A DNA stretch of 64,000 bases from Alphaproteobacteria bacterium (GCA_965228895.1 OZ245842.1:4416001-4480000), one strand, 5' to 3'; shown: positions 38,423 through 48,126, counted from the first letter of the stretch. Made by a program: numbers and translations. Notes: a model not told the origin generated them from the letters alone.

Positions 38423-40504
38423 CTAAGCCTGCCGGTTCATGACGATGTTGCCGCCGCGGTCGATCACCGCGTTGAAACGGGGACCGACCAGGGTCGTCGT
38501 CTGCGGTTCGACGATCAGCGCCGGTCCCTCGATACGGTCGCCGACCTTGAGGTTGTCGCGGTCAAAGGATGGCACTTTGGCCGCCCGCTTGGCGCCGCCA
38601 AGATAGACCGAGACGCTGCCGTTGGCGGCCGGCTTCGATGTCTTGCCGGGTTTTCTGAGTTTCGGAGCGGCGGTTTCTTCGGTCGAAACCGTGACCGCCC
38701 AATTCAGAATCTCAATGTCCACGTTGGGCACCGTCCGCCCGAACAGCTTCAGATAGAGTTCGGTGTAGGTAGCGAGCAGGATCCCGGCGGTTCTCGCGGT
38801 GACGCGGCCATTGGGGACAGGCACCTCGATCTCGTGGCCCTGGCCCATGTAGCGCATGAAGGCGACACGGTTCTTCTGAAGCGTGCCCTTGGACGCGCCG
38901 GCACGCACCACGCCCGTGGCCTTTTTCTCCATCGCCGCAAACAGGCGGCTGACCGCAGCAGCATTGAACGTTTCGATGGTCATGTAGAGGCTACGAATAA
39001 TCTCGAACGAGATCGGCGCACTCAAAAAGCCAACCGCCGAACCAACGCCCGGGTCCCTCGGGATGATGATCTGGGAGACGCCAATTTTGTCAGCCACGCG
39101 CGTCGCATGCAGAGGACCATTGCCGCCGAACGCAATCAGCGATCGCGTCGTCAGTTCTTTGGCATGTTCGACCGCGTGAACGCGCGCCGCGTTCGCCATG
39201 TTTTCGTCGACCATCTGCGAGATTCCATAGGCGGCGGTCGCGCTGGCGATGCCAAGCTGGCTGCCAACCTGTTCGTCGACAGCTGCCTTTGCCGCCCTGG
39301 TGTCGAGCGTCACGCGCCCTTCGGCAAATCGTTTGGGGTCGATCAAACCCAGGGCGACGTCGCTGTCGGTGACCGTCGGCGCGTCGCCGCCTCGGCCATA
39401 ACAGGCCGGGCCCGGATCGGCTCCAGCGCTTTCGGGTCCGACCGCGATACGGCCAAGCGAATCAACGGTCGCGACCGAACCGCCGCCGGCGCCGATTTCG
39501 ATCATCTCGATCACCGGGATGCGCACCGGCAGGCCGCTGCCTTTCATAAAGCGCGCGGCCCTGGCGATCTCGAACTCGCGCGACTTCTGCGGCTTGGCGT
39601 CATCGATCAGGCAGACCTTTGCCGTCGTGCCGCCCATGTCGAACGAGACGGCTTCGTGCACACCGCATTGCCGGGCGATCGTGCTGGCCAGGATGGCGCC
39701 GCCGCTCGGTCCCGATTCCACCAAGCGAATGGGGAAACGTATGGCCGTATCGACCGTCGTCATGCCGCCGCCGGAGGTCATGATGTAGAGCGGACAAGCG
39801 AACCCTTCGCGCACGAGCGCGTCTTGCAGGTCATGCAGGTAACGGCTCATCAGGGGTTTGATGTAGGCGTTCGCGATCGCCGTGCAGCAACGATCGTACT
39901 CGCGTATCTCCGGGCAGACTTTCGACGACAACGTGATTGAGATGTCAGGAAGCCGGGCACGGATGAGTTCGCGAAGCCGCTCCTCGTGCATCGAATTGGC
40001 GTAACTGTGCAGAAGACAAACCGCCAGACTTTCGACGCCGTCGGCCTTCAACCGTTCAACGACGTCGTCGATTTCCGACTCATCAAGCGGATCGACAACA
40101 TCGCCGTTCGCGTCCAAACGCTCGGCGATGGCATAGCAGCGCTCGCGCGGCACCAGCATATCCGGCTTGTCGAGATTGATGGCGTATTGGTCGTAGCGCC
40201 GCTCGTAGGCGATCTCCAGAATATCGCGAAAGCCGCGTGTGGTGATCAGACCAAGCTTCGCGCCCTTGCGTTCGATCAAGGCATTGGTTGCCAGCGTCGT
40301 GCCGTGGACAACCGACGTGACGTCGCGCGGCTCGACGCCGGAACTCGCCAGAATGGCGTGAACACCTTCCAGAACACCGTCGACCGGATGGGACGCGGTG
40401 GTCAGCGTCTTGGCCGTGGTTAGCGATCTGCCGAGCGCAAGCGCCGTATCGGTGAACGTCCCGCCGATGTCGATCGCCAGGCGGGCATTGTGTTGCGCGG
40501 CCAT
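38423..40504 (-). CDS. Hydantoinase A/oxoprolinase family protein
   Basis: AIDIGGTFTD, HGTTLATNALIERKG, SGPSGGA, FDMGGTT, EIGAGGGS, GPESAGADPGPACYG, AFGGNGPLH. Confidence 0.95.
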   Translation of the reverse strand: MAAQHNARLAIDIGGTFTDTALALGRSLTTAKTLTTASHPVDGVLEGVHAILASSGVEPRDVTSVVHGTTLATNALIERKGAKLGLITTRGFRDILEIAYERRYDQYAINLDKPDMLVPRERCYAIAERLDANGDVVDPLDESEIDDVVERLKADGVESLAVCLLHSYANSMHEERLRELIRARLPDISITLSSKVCPEIREYDRCCTAIANAYIKPLMSRYLHDLQDALVREGFACPLYIMTSGGGMTTVDTAIRFPIRLVESGPSGGAILASTIARQCGVHEAVSFDMGGTTAKVCLIDDAKPQKSREFEIARAARFMKGSGLPVRIPVIEMIEIGAGGGSVATVDSLGRIAVGPESAGADPGPACYGRGGDAPTVTDSDVALGLIDPKRFAEGRVTLDTRAAKAAVDEQVGSQLGIASATAAYGISQMVDENMANAARVHAVEHAKELTTRSLIAFGGNGPLHATRVADKIGVSQIIIPRDPGVGSAVGFLSAPISFEIIRSLYMTIETFNAAAVSRLFAAMEKKATGVVRAGASKGTLQKNRVAFMRYMGQGHEIEVPVPNGRVTARTAGILLATYTELYLKLFGRTVPNVDIEILNWAVTVSTEETAAPKLRKPGKTSKPAANGSVSVYLGGAKRAAKVPSFDRDNLKVGDRIEGPALIVEPQTTTLVGPRFNAVIDRGGNIVMNRQA

Positions 40505-40709
40505 CAGCGGCGCACGGTTTCGGCAATCAGCATGTTTTGAAACGACATGGCGTGGCCTCGGTTTCTCGACGGTGAATTCGACGACATATTTCAATCGCCG
40601 ATTCACGGTTCCAGCGACAACAATCACACGACATGCGCGGACCCGATTCCGACTCGCCGGGAACGCGTCGCAGTCAAATTCGGCCTTGGCTCGCCTGGCT
40701 TTCTCGGGC

Positions 40710-41729
40710 CTATGGACGGTCGATCGGGCGACCGTCGGAAGGCAACATAGTCGACATCGTTACGCGATCCTCGCTGGGCGGCAGACCAAACAGCCGACGA
40801 TAGCATCGGGCGAAGTACGACGTTGATTCGAAGCCACATGCCGCCGCGACCTCCAAGACCGGCATCGACGTTCCTTTCAAAAGCGTCCGCGCGCGATGCA
40901 GGCGCAGCTGCAGGTAATAGGCGCGCGGCGTGCAGTCCATGTGGCGGCGGAACAGTCGTTCGAGGTGACGCACGGAAACGTCGATCCGGCGCGCGATCTC
41001 CACCAGGCTGACCGGGACCTCCAAGTTTTCTTCCATGACCTCAACGGCGCGAACGATCGCCCGGTGCCGGATGCCCAGGCGAAACGGCAACTCCGAGCGT
41101 TGGTGTTCGCGTTCAGACCTGATCTCCTTGACGATCACCTGTTCGGCGACCTTAAGCGCCAGTTCGATACCGTGACGGGCCGCGACCATGGAGAGCAGCA
41201 TGTCCATCGCCGAGGTGCCGCCGGAGCACGTGAAGACGGAGCCATCGATCTCAAAAATCTCCGTCGAGACGTCGAGATGCGGATAGGTCTCCTGGAATGC
41301 AGCGAGATCTTCCCAGTGGATCGTGCAGCGCTTGCCGTCGAGCAGTCCGGCGCGGGCCAAGACCCAACTCCCGGTCGAGATCGCACCGATCCTGGCGCCG
41401 TGAGCATGTTGCCGGCGTAACCAGGCGCTGACACGTTCGTCACGAAACTGGTTGCCGCCAATGCCGCAGCACACGACGATCGATGATGGGCTGGGCGCGT
41501 CCACAAGCGTGTAGTCGGGAGCCACCTTGAACCCGCTGACGCTGTCGACGGTGCCCGCCTCGACGCCCACGGAAAACCAACGATAGAGCTGGCGGCCGCT
41601 GACATAGTTGGCCATGGCGAGCACGTCGGCGGCCGACGACAGGCCGACGAAGGAAAACCGCTCGATCAGCAGAAAGCCGAAGGTTTCGGTATCCAGGCTA
41701 TCGGCAAACGCTTTGGATTGAGGTGCCAT
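40710..41729 (-). CDS. GlxA/GbdR-family AraC regulator (GATase-like domain plus HTH)
   Basis: GAISTGSWVLARAGLLDG..CTIHWE, TCSGGTSA.D, ME.NLE.P, RHLERLF, ACGF.S.SYF.RCYR. Confidence 0.93.
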   Translation of the reverse strand: MAPQSKAFADSLDTETFGFLLIERFSFVGLSSAADVLAMANYVSGRQLYRWFSVGVEAGTVDSVSGFKVAPDYTLVDAPSPSSIVVCCGIGGNQFRDERVSAWLRRQHAHGARIGAISTGSWVLARAGLLDGKRCTIHWEDLAAFQETYPHLDVSTEIFEIDGSVFTCSGGTSAMDMLLSMVAARHGIELALKVAEQVIVKEIRSEREHQRSELPFRLGIRHRAIVRAVEVMEENLEVPVSLVEIARRIDVSVRHLERLFRRHMDCTPRAYYLQLRLHRARTLLKGTSMPVLEVAAACGFESTSYFARCYRRLFGLPPSEDRVTMSTMLPSDGRPIDRP

Positions 41730-41805
41730 GGCCACGTGGAGCAGTGCCGCGCCGCTCCGTGGCCGGCGGAGACAAGACCTGGCCGCGCTGACGCGGCGTC
41801 GGGAT

Positions 41806-42192
41806 CTAGTCTGCGCCCAGGTAAGCCACACAATCCATCTTAATCAGCATGTCCCATACCTGGCCCGCGCCGACGGTTAGGCGCGCCGGATAGGGTTCGC
41901 TGAAGTATTCACCATAGACCGCGTTGAACGCTTCGTAGTCAGAACTCTCCTGCAGGTAGACGCTCATCTTGACGACGTCGTCCAGGCCCGCGCCGCACGC
42001 CCTCAGGATCGCCTCGATGTTCGCCATGGTGTGGCGCGTCTGCTCGGCGACCGTGTCCCCCAGGATGGCGTGGGTTTCGGGATGCAGCGCGCCGATGCCC
42101 GACAGGAAGACGAAGTCGCCGGCCTTCACCGCAGGCGCATAGGGACCGGCGCCATAGGGCGCATCGTCGGCAATCACGGCTGTTCGCGGCAT
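41806..42192 (-). CDS. RidA family protein
   Basis: GPY.PAVKAGDFVFLSG, EQT...M.NI.AIL, VVK..VYL, FNAVY..YF...PAR. Confidence 0.92.
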   Translation of the reverse strand: MPRTAVIADDAPYGAGPYAPAVKAGDFVFLSGIGALHPETHAILGDTVAEQTRHTMANIEAILRACGAGLDDVVKMSVYLQESSDYEAFNAVYGEYFSEPYPARLTVGAGQVWDMLIKMDCVAYLGAD

Positions 42193-42261
42193 GGCGCCCG
42201 TCTCCTCAAATCGGTTGGGCGGCCATGATGCGGCACCGGCCGCGTATCGACCGGCAGACCA

Positions 42262-42288
42262 GCGACATCAAGACGCCGGCAAACGACA
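42262..42288 (-). promoter_or_regulatory. Putative GlxA/ArgR/GbdR-type direct-repeat site
   Basis: Minus strand reads TGTCGT-N15-TGTCGC (21-bp period), about 70 bp upstream of ridA and the GlxA-type regulator. Confidence 0.5.
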
Positions 42289-42309
42289 CCTTGTCTGCGA
42301 CCCCAGGCC

Positions 42310-43620
42310 CTAGCCGGGCACCTTGTGCCAAGCGCCGTCGAGACCCAGGAACTCCGCGCCATCGGCACGGTAAAACGAGGTTGCGCCGGCATCCTTCAGA
42401 ACCCGCAACATTTGCGGCAAGGGTTTGCCCTCGTCTTCCAGGCGCTCGATCACGGCAGCCGGGCCAATGACGTCCAGCATCTGGAACGGGCCGTTCTTCC
42501 ACGCGAAACCCCAGCGCATGGCGCGGTCGATATTGACGATATCGTCGGCGATCTGCGGGACCAGGTTGGCGGCATAGAGCAGCGCGCCGCCCATGAGGTC
42601 GCGGGCGAAGGCGCCCTGCACGTCTTCCGATCCCATCAGTGAGACGAGTTCGCTGTGGCCTTCGGCCAGCGCCACCTCATCGGCCAGACGCCAGTCGCCG
42701 GCATCCAGATCGAAGACTTCTTTGAGCCGCCCGCCATCCTCGGTCTTGGTGACGCGATAGAACCCGCCGCCGGTCTTGCGTCCCAACTGGCCGCGCTCCA
42801 GCATGGCCTGCTCTTCCGGCGGGAACTTGGTGTAGGCGTGGCCGGGGTCGCCCTGGGGCAGGTTGATCGCCAGGTTCTTGCCGACAAAGTCCATGACGTC
42901 GAGGCCGATCAAATCGATCAGGCCATAGAGGCCTGTCGGCGGCAGGCCGACCGGCATCGACATCAAGGCGTCGATCGTCTCCATCGAGAGGCCGGCGCCG
43001 CGCGCTTCCTTCGCCTTGTGCAGGCCCGACAGCATCCAGAAACAGCCAATGCGGTTGCCGATGAAGTTGACGGTGTCCTTGGCGTGCACGACACCCTTGC
43101 CGAGTTTTTCCGCGCCGAAGGTCGCCATCGCCTGAATGACGTCCGGCGTCGTCTCCTCGCCCGGCACCACCTCGAGCAGCTTCATCACCTTCACGGGATT
43201 GAAGAAGTGGGTGACCACGATGTCACGGCGCAGCCGTTCGGGCATGCCTTCGGTGATGGCGCTGAGCGGGATGCCCGACGTGTTGGTGCTGACGACCGAG
43301 CCTTCGTCCCGTGCGGCTTCCAGCTTCTCGAACAGGTCGCGTTTGGTGGCGAGGTCCTCGATCACGGCTTCGCAGATCCAGTCGTAACCCGCGATGCGGT
43401 CCAATTCATCAAAGGTGCCGGTTTCGATCAGCTCGGCCTTGGCGGGATCGTCCAGCGCCGGCGCGCGGCCGCCGGTGATGCGTTCCATCGACTTGTCGAC
43501 GGCCTCCTGATTGATATCCAGCAGCAGCACCTTGCAGTCGGCCATGGCGCACGCACCGGCAATGCCGGCGCCCATGGTACCGCCGCCCAGAACGGCAATC
43601 GAGGTGATCTCGCGGGTCAT
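42310..43620 (-). CDS. 3-hydroxyacyl-CoA dehydrogenase (FadN N-terminal-like, no hydratase domain)
   Basis: VLGGGTMGAGIA, EAVIEDL..K, STNTSGIP, HFFNPV, KDT.NFIGNRIG, LGRKTGGGFY, AMRWGF.W..GPF. Confidence 0.92.
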   Translation of the reverse strand: MTREITSIAVLGGGTMGAGIAGACAMADCKVLLLDINQEAVDKSMERITGGRAPALDDPAKAELIETGTFDELDRIAGYDWICEAVIEDLATKRDLFEKLEAARDEGSVVSTNTSGIPLSAITEGMPERLRRDIVVTHFFNPVKVMKLLEVVPGEETTPDVIQAMATFGAEKLGKGVVHAKDTVNFIGNRIGCFWMLSGLHKAKEARGAGLSMETIDALMSMPVGLPPTGLYGLIDLIGLDVMDFVGKNLAINLPQGDPGHAYTKFPPEEQAMLERGQLGRKTGGGFYRVTKTEDGGRLKEVFDLDAGDWRLADEVALAEGHSELVSLMGSEDVQGAFARDLMGGALLYAANLVPQIADDIVNIDRAMRWGFAWKNGPFQMLDVIGPAAVIERLEDEGKPLPQMLRVLKDAGATSFYRADGAEFLGLDGAWHKVPG

Positions 43621-43767
43621 GATGGTCGCTCCCCAAAACACTATCGGGCGTTACCTAACCCATATTCCGCCGACTTGGAAACGCCACCTGATCGTGATGA
43701 CCTTCGCGCCTGGACCGCTGGTCACAGGGCGTTTAGGGTCGCCGCCGACAGCTCCAGGAGGCCGCCG

Positions 43768-45078
43768 ATGGCACTACCCAATTATCCCGGTTTCGACACG
43801 CTGACGCTGCATGCCGGTCAGCAGCCCGATCCCACGACCGGCGCGCGCGCCGTGCCGATCTACCAGACGACATCCTATGTCTTCCGCGACGTTGATCAGG
43901 CCGCCGCTCTCTTCAACCTGGAGCGGCCGGGCCATATCTATTCGCGCATCTCCAACCCGACCGTCGCGGTGCTGGAGGAACGGGTCGCGGCGCTCGAGGG
44001 CGGCGTCGGCGCGGTGTGCACGGCAAGCGGCCAGGCGGCGCTCCATCTGGCGATTGTCACCTTGATGGACCAGGGCAGCCACATCGTGGCGTCCGGCTCG
44101 ATCTATGGCGGCAGCCACAACATGTTCAACTACACCCTGCCGCGCTTCGGCATCGAGACGACCTTCGTCAACCCGCGTGACACCAAAGCGATCAAGAACG
44201 CGATCCGGCCGGAGACCCGCCTGATCTTCGGCGAAACCCTAGGCAACCCGGGCCTGGAGGTCATGGACATTCCGGTGGTCTCGACGATTGCCCACGATCA
44301 CGGTATTCCGCTGATGATCGACAACACCTTCGCCTCGCCGGCGCTGGCCCAGCCGCTCACCATGGGCGCCGACATCGTCATGCATTCGGCAACCAAGTTC
44401 ATGGGCGGTCATGGCGTTGCCATCGGCGGTGTCATTGTCGACCGCGGCGCCTTCGATTGGGAGGCCTCCGGCAAATTCCCGACCCTGACAGAACCTTACG
44501 CCGGTTATCACGGCATCGACTTCGCCGAGGAGTTCGGCCCCAACGCCATGCTGATGCGCGCCCGCGCCGAGGGCGTGCGCGACTTCGGCGCCTGCATGAG
44601 CCCGACCAACGCGTTCTATATCCTGCAGGGCGTCGAGACGTTGCCGCTGCGCATGGCGCGCCATGTCGAGAACACGCGGAAGATCGTCGCCTTTCTGGAC
44701 GGCCATGATGCCATCGAGTCTGTCGGCTACCCCGAGCTTGAAAGCCATCCCGATCATGCGCTCGCCAAGAAGCTGCTGCCGCACGGCTGCGGCGCCATCT
44801 TCAGCTTTGTCCTGAAGGGCGGCCGGCCGGCCGGCGCCAAGTTCATCGAGGCGCTGCAGCTCTTCTCCCATCTCGCCAATGTCGGCGATGCGAAGTCGCT
44901 GGTTATTCATCCGGCCAGCACGACGCACCAGCAGATGGACGCCGCCGCGCTTGAAGCCGCCGGCATCTCGGAAGGCCTGGTCCGGCTTTCGGTCGGGCTC
45001 GAGGATGCCAATGATCTGATCGAGGATCTCGAACGCGGCCTGCGCGCCGCCAAAAAGGCTTCAACCCATGGCGCTTGA
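43768..45078 (+). CDS. metY: O-acetylhomoserine aminocarboxypropyltransferase (sulfhydrylase)
   Basis: LHAGQQPDPTTGARAVPIYQTTSY, YSRISNPT, DNTFA, HSATKF (PLP Lys), HLANVGDAKSLVIHPASTTH. ATG 43768 follows AGGAGG. Confidence 0.93.
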   Translation: MALPNYPGFDTLTLHAGQQPDPTTGARAVPIYQTTSYVFRDVDQAAALFNLERPGHIYSRISNPTVAVLEERVAALEGGVGAVCTASGQAALHLAIVTLMDQGSHIVASGSIYGGSHNMFNYTLPRFGIETTFVNPRDTKAIKNAIRPETRLIFGETLGNPGLEVMDIPVVSTIAHDHGIPLMIDNTFASPALAQPLTMGADIVMHSATKFMGGHGVAIGGVIVDRGAFDWEASGKFPTLTEPYAGYHGIDFAEEFGPNAMLMRARAEGVRDFGACMSPTNAFYILQGVETLPLRMARHVENTRKIVAFLDGHDAIESVGYPELESHPDHALAKKLLPHGCGAIFSFVLKGGRPAGAKFIEALQLFSHLANVGDAKSLVIHPASTTHQQMDAAALEAAGISEGLVRLSVGLEDANDLIEDLERGLRAAKKASTHGA

Positions 45079-45868
45079 TCTCACAGTCGATGGCAAAAAG
45101 GTCTTTGCGGCAACCGGCGGCAAGGTCTTCGATCCCGCGCTCCCGGTCATGATGTTCGTCCACGGCGCCAGCATGAACCGCACGGTCTGGGCGCTGCCGG
45201 CGCGTTACTTCGCCCATCACGGTTACGCGGTGATGGCGGTCGACCTGCCCGGCCACGGCAACTCCGAAGGCCCGCCGTTGCCGACGATCAACGCCATCGG
45301 CGACTGGCTTGTCGCAACGCTGGATGCCGCCGGTGTCGAGCGCGCCACCCTTGTCGGCCACTCCATGGGCACGCTGCCCTTGATCGATGCCGCCGCACGA
45401 CATGGCGACCGCATCGAGCGTGTCGTTCTGCTCGGCACGTCGGTGCCGATGCCGGTGGCCGACGCGCTGCTCGACAACGCCGAGGCCAACAACCACGCGG
45501 CGTTCGACATGGTGACGCTCTGGGGCTTCAGCAAAAAAGCGCAGATCGGCGGCAACCGGGCGCCGGGTACCTGGGTGACCGAAACCGGGCTGCGCCTTCT
45601 TGAACGTGGCGCGCCCGGCGTGCTGCATAACGACATGAAGGCGTGCAACGACTATCAGTCAGGCCTGGAGGATGCCGCCAAGATCGCGTGTCCGGCGGTG
45701 CTTATCCTGGGCGACCGCGACATGATGACACCGCCGCGCAACGCCAAGAGCCTGATGGAGGCCTTGCCGAACGGCCGCATGATTGTTCTGAAAGGCTGCG
45801 GCCACATGATGATGGCCGAGCAGCCCGACGAGACCCTGGACGCCATGATTGAGGCGATGGCAGCCTAA
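45068..45868 (+). CDS. Alpha/beta-fold hydrolase
   Basis: FVHGA, DLPGHG.S, GHSMG nucleophile elbow, G..D.MTPP, GHMMMAEQP. Overlaps the end of metY. Confidence 0.92.
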   Translation: MALDLTVDGKKVFAATGGKVFDPALPVMMFVHGASMNRTVWALPARYFAHHGYAVMAVDLPGHGNSEGPPLPTINAIGDWLVATLDAAGVERATLVGHSMGTLPLIDAAARHGDRIERVVLLGTSVPMPVADALLDNAEANNHAAFDMVTLWGFSKKAQIGGNRAPGTWVTETGLRLLERGAPGVLHNDMKACNDYQSGLEDAAKIACPAVLILGDRDMMTPPRNAKSLMEALPNGRMIVLKGCGHMMMAEQPDETLDAMIEAMAA

Positions 45869-45932
45869 AATCGGCCTGTCCCAAATTGCGACGCACATAG
45901 CCGGATCGATCCAGTTTTAGCGCCGGATGGGC

Positions 45933-46046
45933 TAGAGCCCGATCGCCTCGCCTTGGATCGAGGAGAGGCGTGAATCGGTCTCTGATTCATAGACTAGAGC
46001 AAGAGTCACGCTTCGGACGAGCCAAGTCCGAAACGATCTTGCTCTA
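45933..46046 (+). repeat. Double-hairpin repeat, family B diverged copy 3
   Basis: TAGAGCCCGATC-stem-GTGAATCGGTCTCTG, linker, TAGAGCAAGAGTCAC-stem-GATCTTGCTCTA. Same frame as the other copies with different inner stems. Confidence 0.7.
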
Positions 46047-46082
46047 TGGCCTCCGGCGCTTTTGCTGTTCGCCACAATTTCG

Positions 46083-46110
46083 CTTGATTTGTCTCCAAAA
46101 TCCCCCATGT
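46083..46110 (+). promoter_or_regulatory. Putative RpoH (sigma-32) promoter
   Basis: CTTGATT-N13-CCCCATGT versus the consensus CTTGAAA-N13-17-CCCCATNT, 50 bp upstream of the first gene of the pspA operon. Confidence 0.7.
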
Positions 46111-46127
46111 GTATACAAATGTAAACA
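46110..46127 (+). promoter_or_regulatory. Putative operator: tandem TGTAWACA boxes
   Basis: TGTATACA (46110-46117) and TGTAAACA (46120-46127), 10-bp period, directly after the -10 element. Confidence 0.55.
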
Positions 46128-46159
46128 TTCGCTGACATAAGCTTGGAGGCTTCAGCCCC

Positions 46160-46690
46160 GTGCCCAACAAGACCGTGCCCTTGAGCGTCCGTATCTCGGA
46201 GGCGGACGCCGATTTTCTCAATGGCCTCGCCATACCCGGCGCCACCACACACAGCGAAAAGCTGCGCGCCTTGATTGCCGAGGCCCGGCGCAGACGGTCA
46301 GGAAACCGCAGTTATGCGGATGTTTTGGCCGTTTTGCAGGATATCGAAGCACCGGCCGAGCGCCGGTTGCGCGATGCGGAGGGCCGCGTGAAGCAGCACT
46401 CCGAACTGCTGGCCCAGGCTGCGTCCTGGCTGCCAGACACCATGGCCTACCTGATGGGCAATCTGCCCAACGCCGATGACGACGAAGCGGCGGGCAAGCT
46501 CCAGGCGCTCGAAGACGGATTGGCCGACCGCGTATTTGTGTTTGTTGAGCGGGTCTTGCGTATGGCGGTAACGCGGCACAACCCCTGCTACGATAGCTCC
46601 GCTATCTCGCGTCGCATGGAACCCGTGGTTGAGCTTTGTGACATCATTCGTGCCCAAGTAGAGACGGAGAAAGGAAGGACCGATGGCTGA
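46160..46690 (+). CDS. Hypothetical protein with an N-terminal ribbon-helix-helix-like segment (putative regulator)
   Basis: GTG start after GGAGG. TVPLSVRISEADADFL...SEKLRALIAEA has a strand-helix-helix pattern. Overlaps pspA. Confidence 0.75.
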   Translation: MPNKTVPLSVRISEADADFLNGLAIPGATTHSEKLRALIAEARRRRSGNRSYADVLAVLQDIEAPAERRLRDAEGRVKQHSELLAQAASWLPDTMAYLMGNLPNADDDEAAGKLQALEDGLADRVFVFVERVLRMAVTRHNPCYDSSAISRRMEPVVELCDIIRAQVETEKGRTDG

Positions 46691-47360
46691 TAATCTTGGA
46701 TCACGCGTTGGCCGTTTGATCAGCGGCGCTGCAAACCAACTCATCGACGCGGCGGAGAACATGGCGCCCGAGGCGGTCATGGAACAGGCCGTGCGCGAAA
46801 TCGATAAAGGAATCGACGACGTCCGCGCCGAACTCGGCAAGGTCGTCGCGCGCAAGCACCTGGCGTCAAACCGGCTTGCCGACGAGAATGCCAAACACAA
46901 CGCGCTGTCCGAAAAGGTCCAGCTGGCGGTCAAGGAAGGCCGCGAAGACCTGGCCGAGACAGCGGTCGGCAAACTGCTCGACATCGAGGCACAGATCCCG
47001 GTGCTCGAACAGTCGATTGCCCAGGCCGGCGAAGACGAAGCCGAGATGGAAGGTTTCATCACCGCGCTTCAAGGCCGCAAGCGTGAGATGCAAGACGAAC
47101 TCGCGCAGTTCCGCAAAGCACAGAAACAGAGCGGAGCGCAAAGCGTGACCGGAGGCAGCCCCGCCGGCCCCAGTGTCGCCGAGTCAGTGAGCCGCGCCGA
47201 GAAAGCCTTCGACCGCGTGATGGAGCGTTCGGCGGGTCTTGCCCCCGGCAGCTCGACGCCTGACGCGAAGACGGCCAAAGAGCTCGCCGAGCTCGATGAC
47301 CTCTCGCGCAAGAACCGCATTCAGGAGCGGTTGAGCCAGTTCAAGTCAAGCGCGTCCTGA
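46683..47360 (+). CDS. pspA: PspA/IM30 (bacterial ESCRT-III) family protein
   Basis: N-terminal amphipathic helix, AE..APEAVMEQAVRE, A...GREDLA..A, long coiled coil, C-terminal IQERLSQFK. Confidence 0.9.
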   Translation: MADNLGSRVGRLISGAANQLIDAAENMAPEAVMEQAVREIDKGIDDVRAELGKVVARKHLASNRLADENAKHNALSEKVQLAVKEGREDLAETAVGKLLDIEAQIPVLEQSIAQAGEDEAEMEGFITALQGRKREMQDELAQFRKAQKQSGAQSVTGGSPAGPSVAESVSRAEKAFDRVMERSAGLAPGSSTPDAKTAKELAELDDLSRKNRIQERLSQFKSSAS

Positions 47361-47388
47361 TCGCGCCCGAGGAGGGATAACCACAACC

Positions 47389-48126
47389 ATGTCCAGCCTG
47401 TTGCAGCCCGAGAACGTTCTTTTCACGACGGCCATCGTCGTGATGCTCGGCATCGCCGTCCTTGAAGGCGTCGCGACACTGCTGGGCATGGGTATGTCGT
47501 CGTTCATCGACAACATGCTTCCCGACACGCCCGATGTGGACGTGGACCTGGATGTCGACCTCGATGTCGACATGGATGTCGATATGGACATGGACCTCGA
47601 TGCCGATGCGGCCATCGACGCACCGGAGCTCGGACATGCCAGCGCGCTGTCATCCCTGTTGGGGTGGTTGTGTATCGGCAAGGTGCCGGCGCTGGTCCTG
47701 CTCGTGGTCCTGCTGACCGTGTTCGGTCTGGGCGGCTTGATCGTGCAATCCCTCATCGCCGGCGTGATCGGCGGCCCGCTTACCGCGTGGATCATCGCGC
47801 CCGTGGTGTTCATCGCCAGCTTGCCGGTGGTGCGCGTGTTCGGGCTCGGCTTTTCCAAGCTCATACCGAAGGAGGAAACATCCGCGGTGACGCGCGACAG
47901 CTTTATCGGCCGCGTCGCCACCATCACCCTGGGCACCGCCAAAAAAGGCATGCCGGCCCAGGCCAAGCTCACCGACCAGCACGGCCAGACCCACTACGTC
48001 ATGGTCGAGCCGGATGTCGACGGCGACACGTTCGATGCCGGCGACCAGGTGCTCTTGGTCAGCGGCGAAAGCGCGGTCTTCCGCGTCATCGCGGCGACCG
48101 GCGGGGTGCTCGATACCGATAGCTAA
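47389..48126 (+). CDS. yqiJ: YqiJ family inner-membrane protein (NfeD-like OB fold)
   Basis: TM1, acidic (Dx)n linker, LGWL.IGKVP, IPKEETSAV, IGRVATIT.G.A..G.PAQAK..DQHGQTHYVMVEP. Confidence 0.9.
   Translation: MSSLLQPENVLFTTAIVVMLGIAVLEGVATLLGMGMSSFIDNMLPDTPDVDVDLDVDLDVDMDVDMDMDLDADAAIDAPELGHASALSSLLGWLCIGKVPALVLLVVLLTVFGLGGLIVQSLIAGVIGGPLTAWIIAPVVFIASLPVVRVFGLGFSKLIPKEETSAVTRDSFIGRVATITLGTAKKGMPAQAKLTDQHGQTHYVMVEPDVDGDTFDAGDQVLLVSGESAVFRVIAATGGVLDTDS
47534..47610 (+). repeat. In-frame 6-bp-period low-complexity repeat (Asp-x)n
   Basis: Encodes DVDVDLDVDLDVDMDVDMDMDLDADA within yqiJ. Confidence 0.8.

Noticed and set aside
42655-43767. Apparent 371-aa N-terminal extension of MetY (807-aa ORF)
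   Set aside because: It is mostly antisense to the 3-hydroxyacyl-CoA dehydrogenase. The real start is ATG 43768 with AGGAGG.
43621-43767. Possible SAM or SAH riboswitch upstream of metY
   Set aside because: An imperfect hairpin exists near 43699-43740, but I could not match SAM-II/SAM-alpha, SAM-SAH or SAH consensus motifs by eye. An Rfam scan would settle it.
47534-47610. (Asp-x)n tract as a phase-variable microsatellite
   Set aside because: The repeat is degenerate and in frame. Acidic linkers are usual in YqiJ/NfeD-like proteins.
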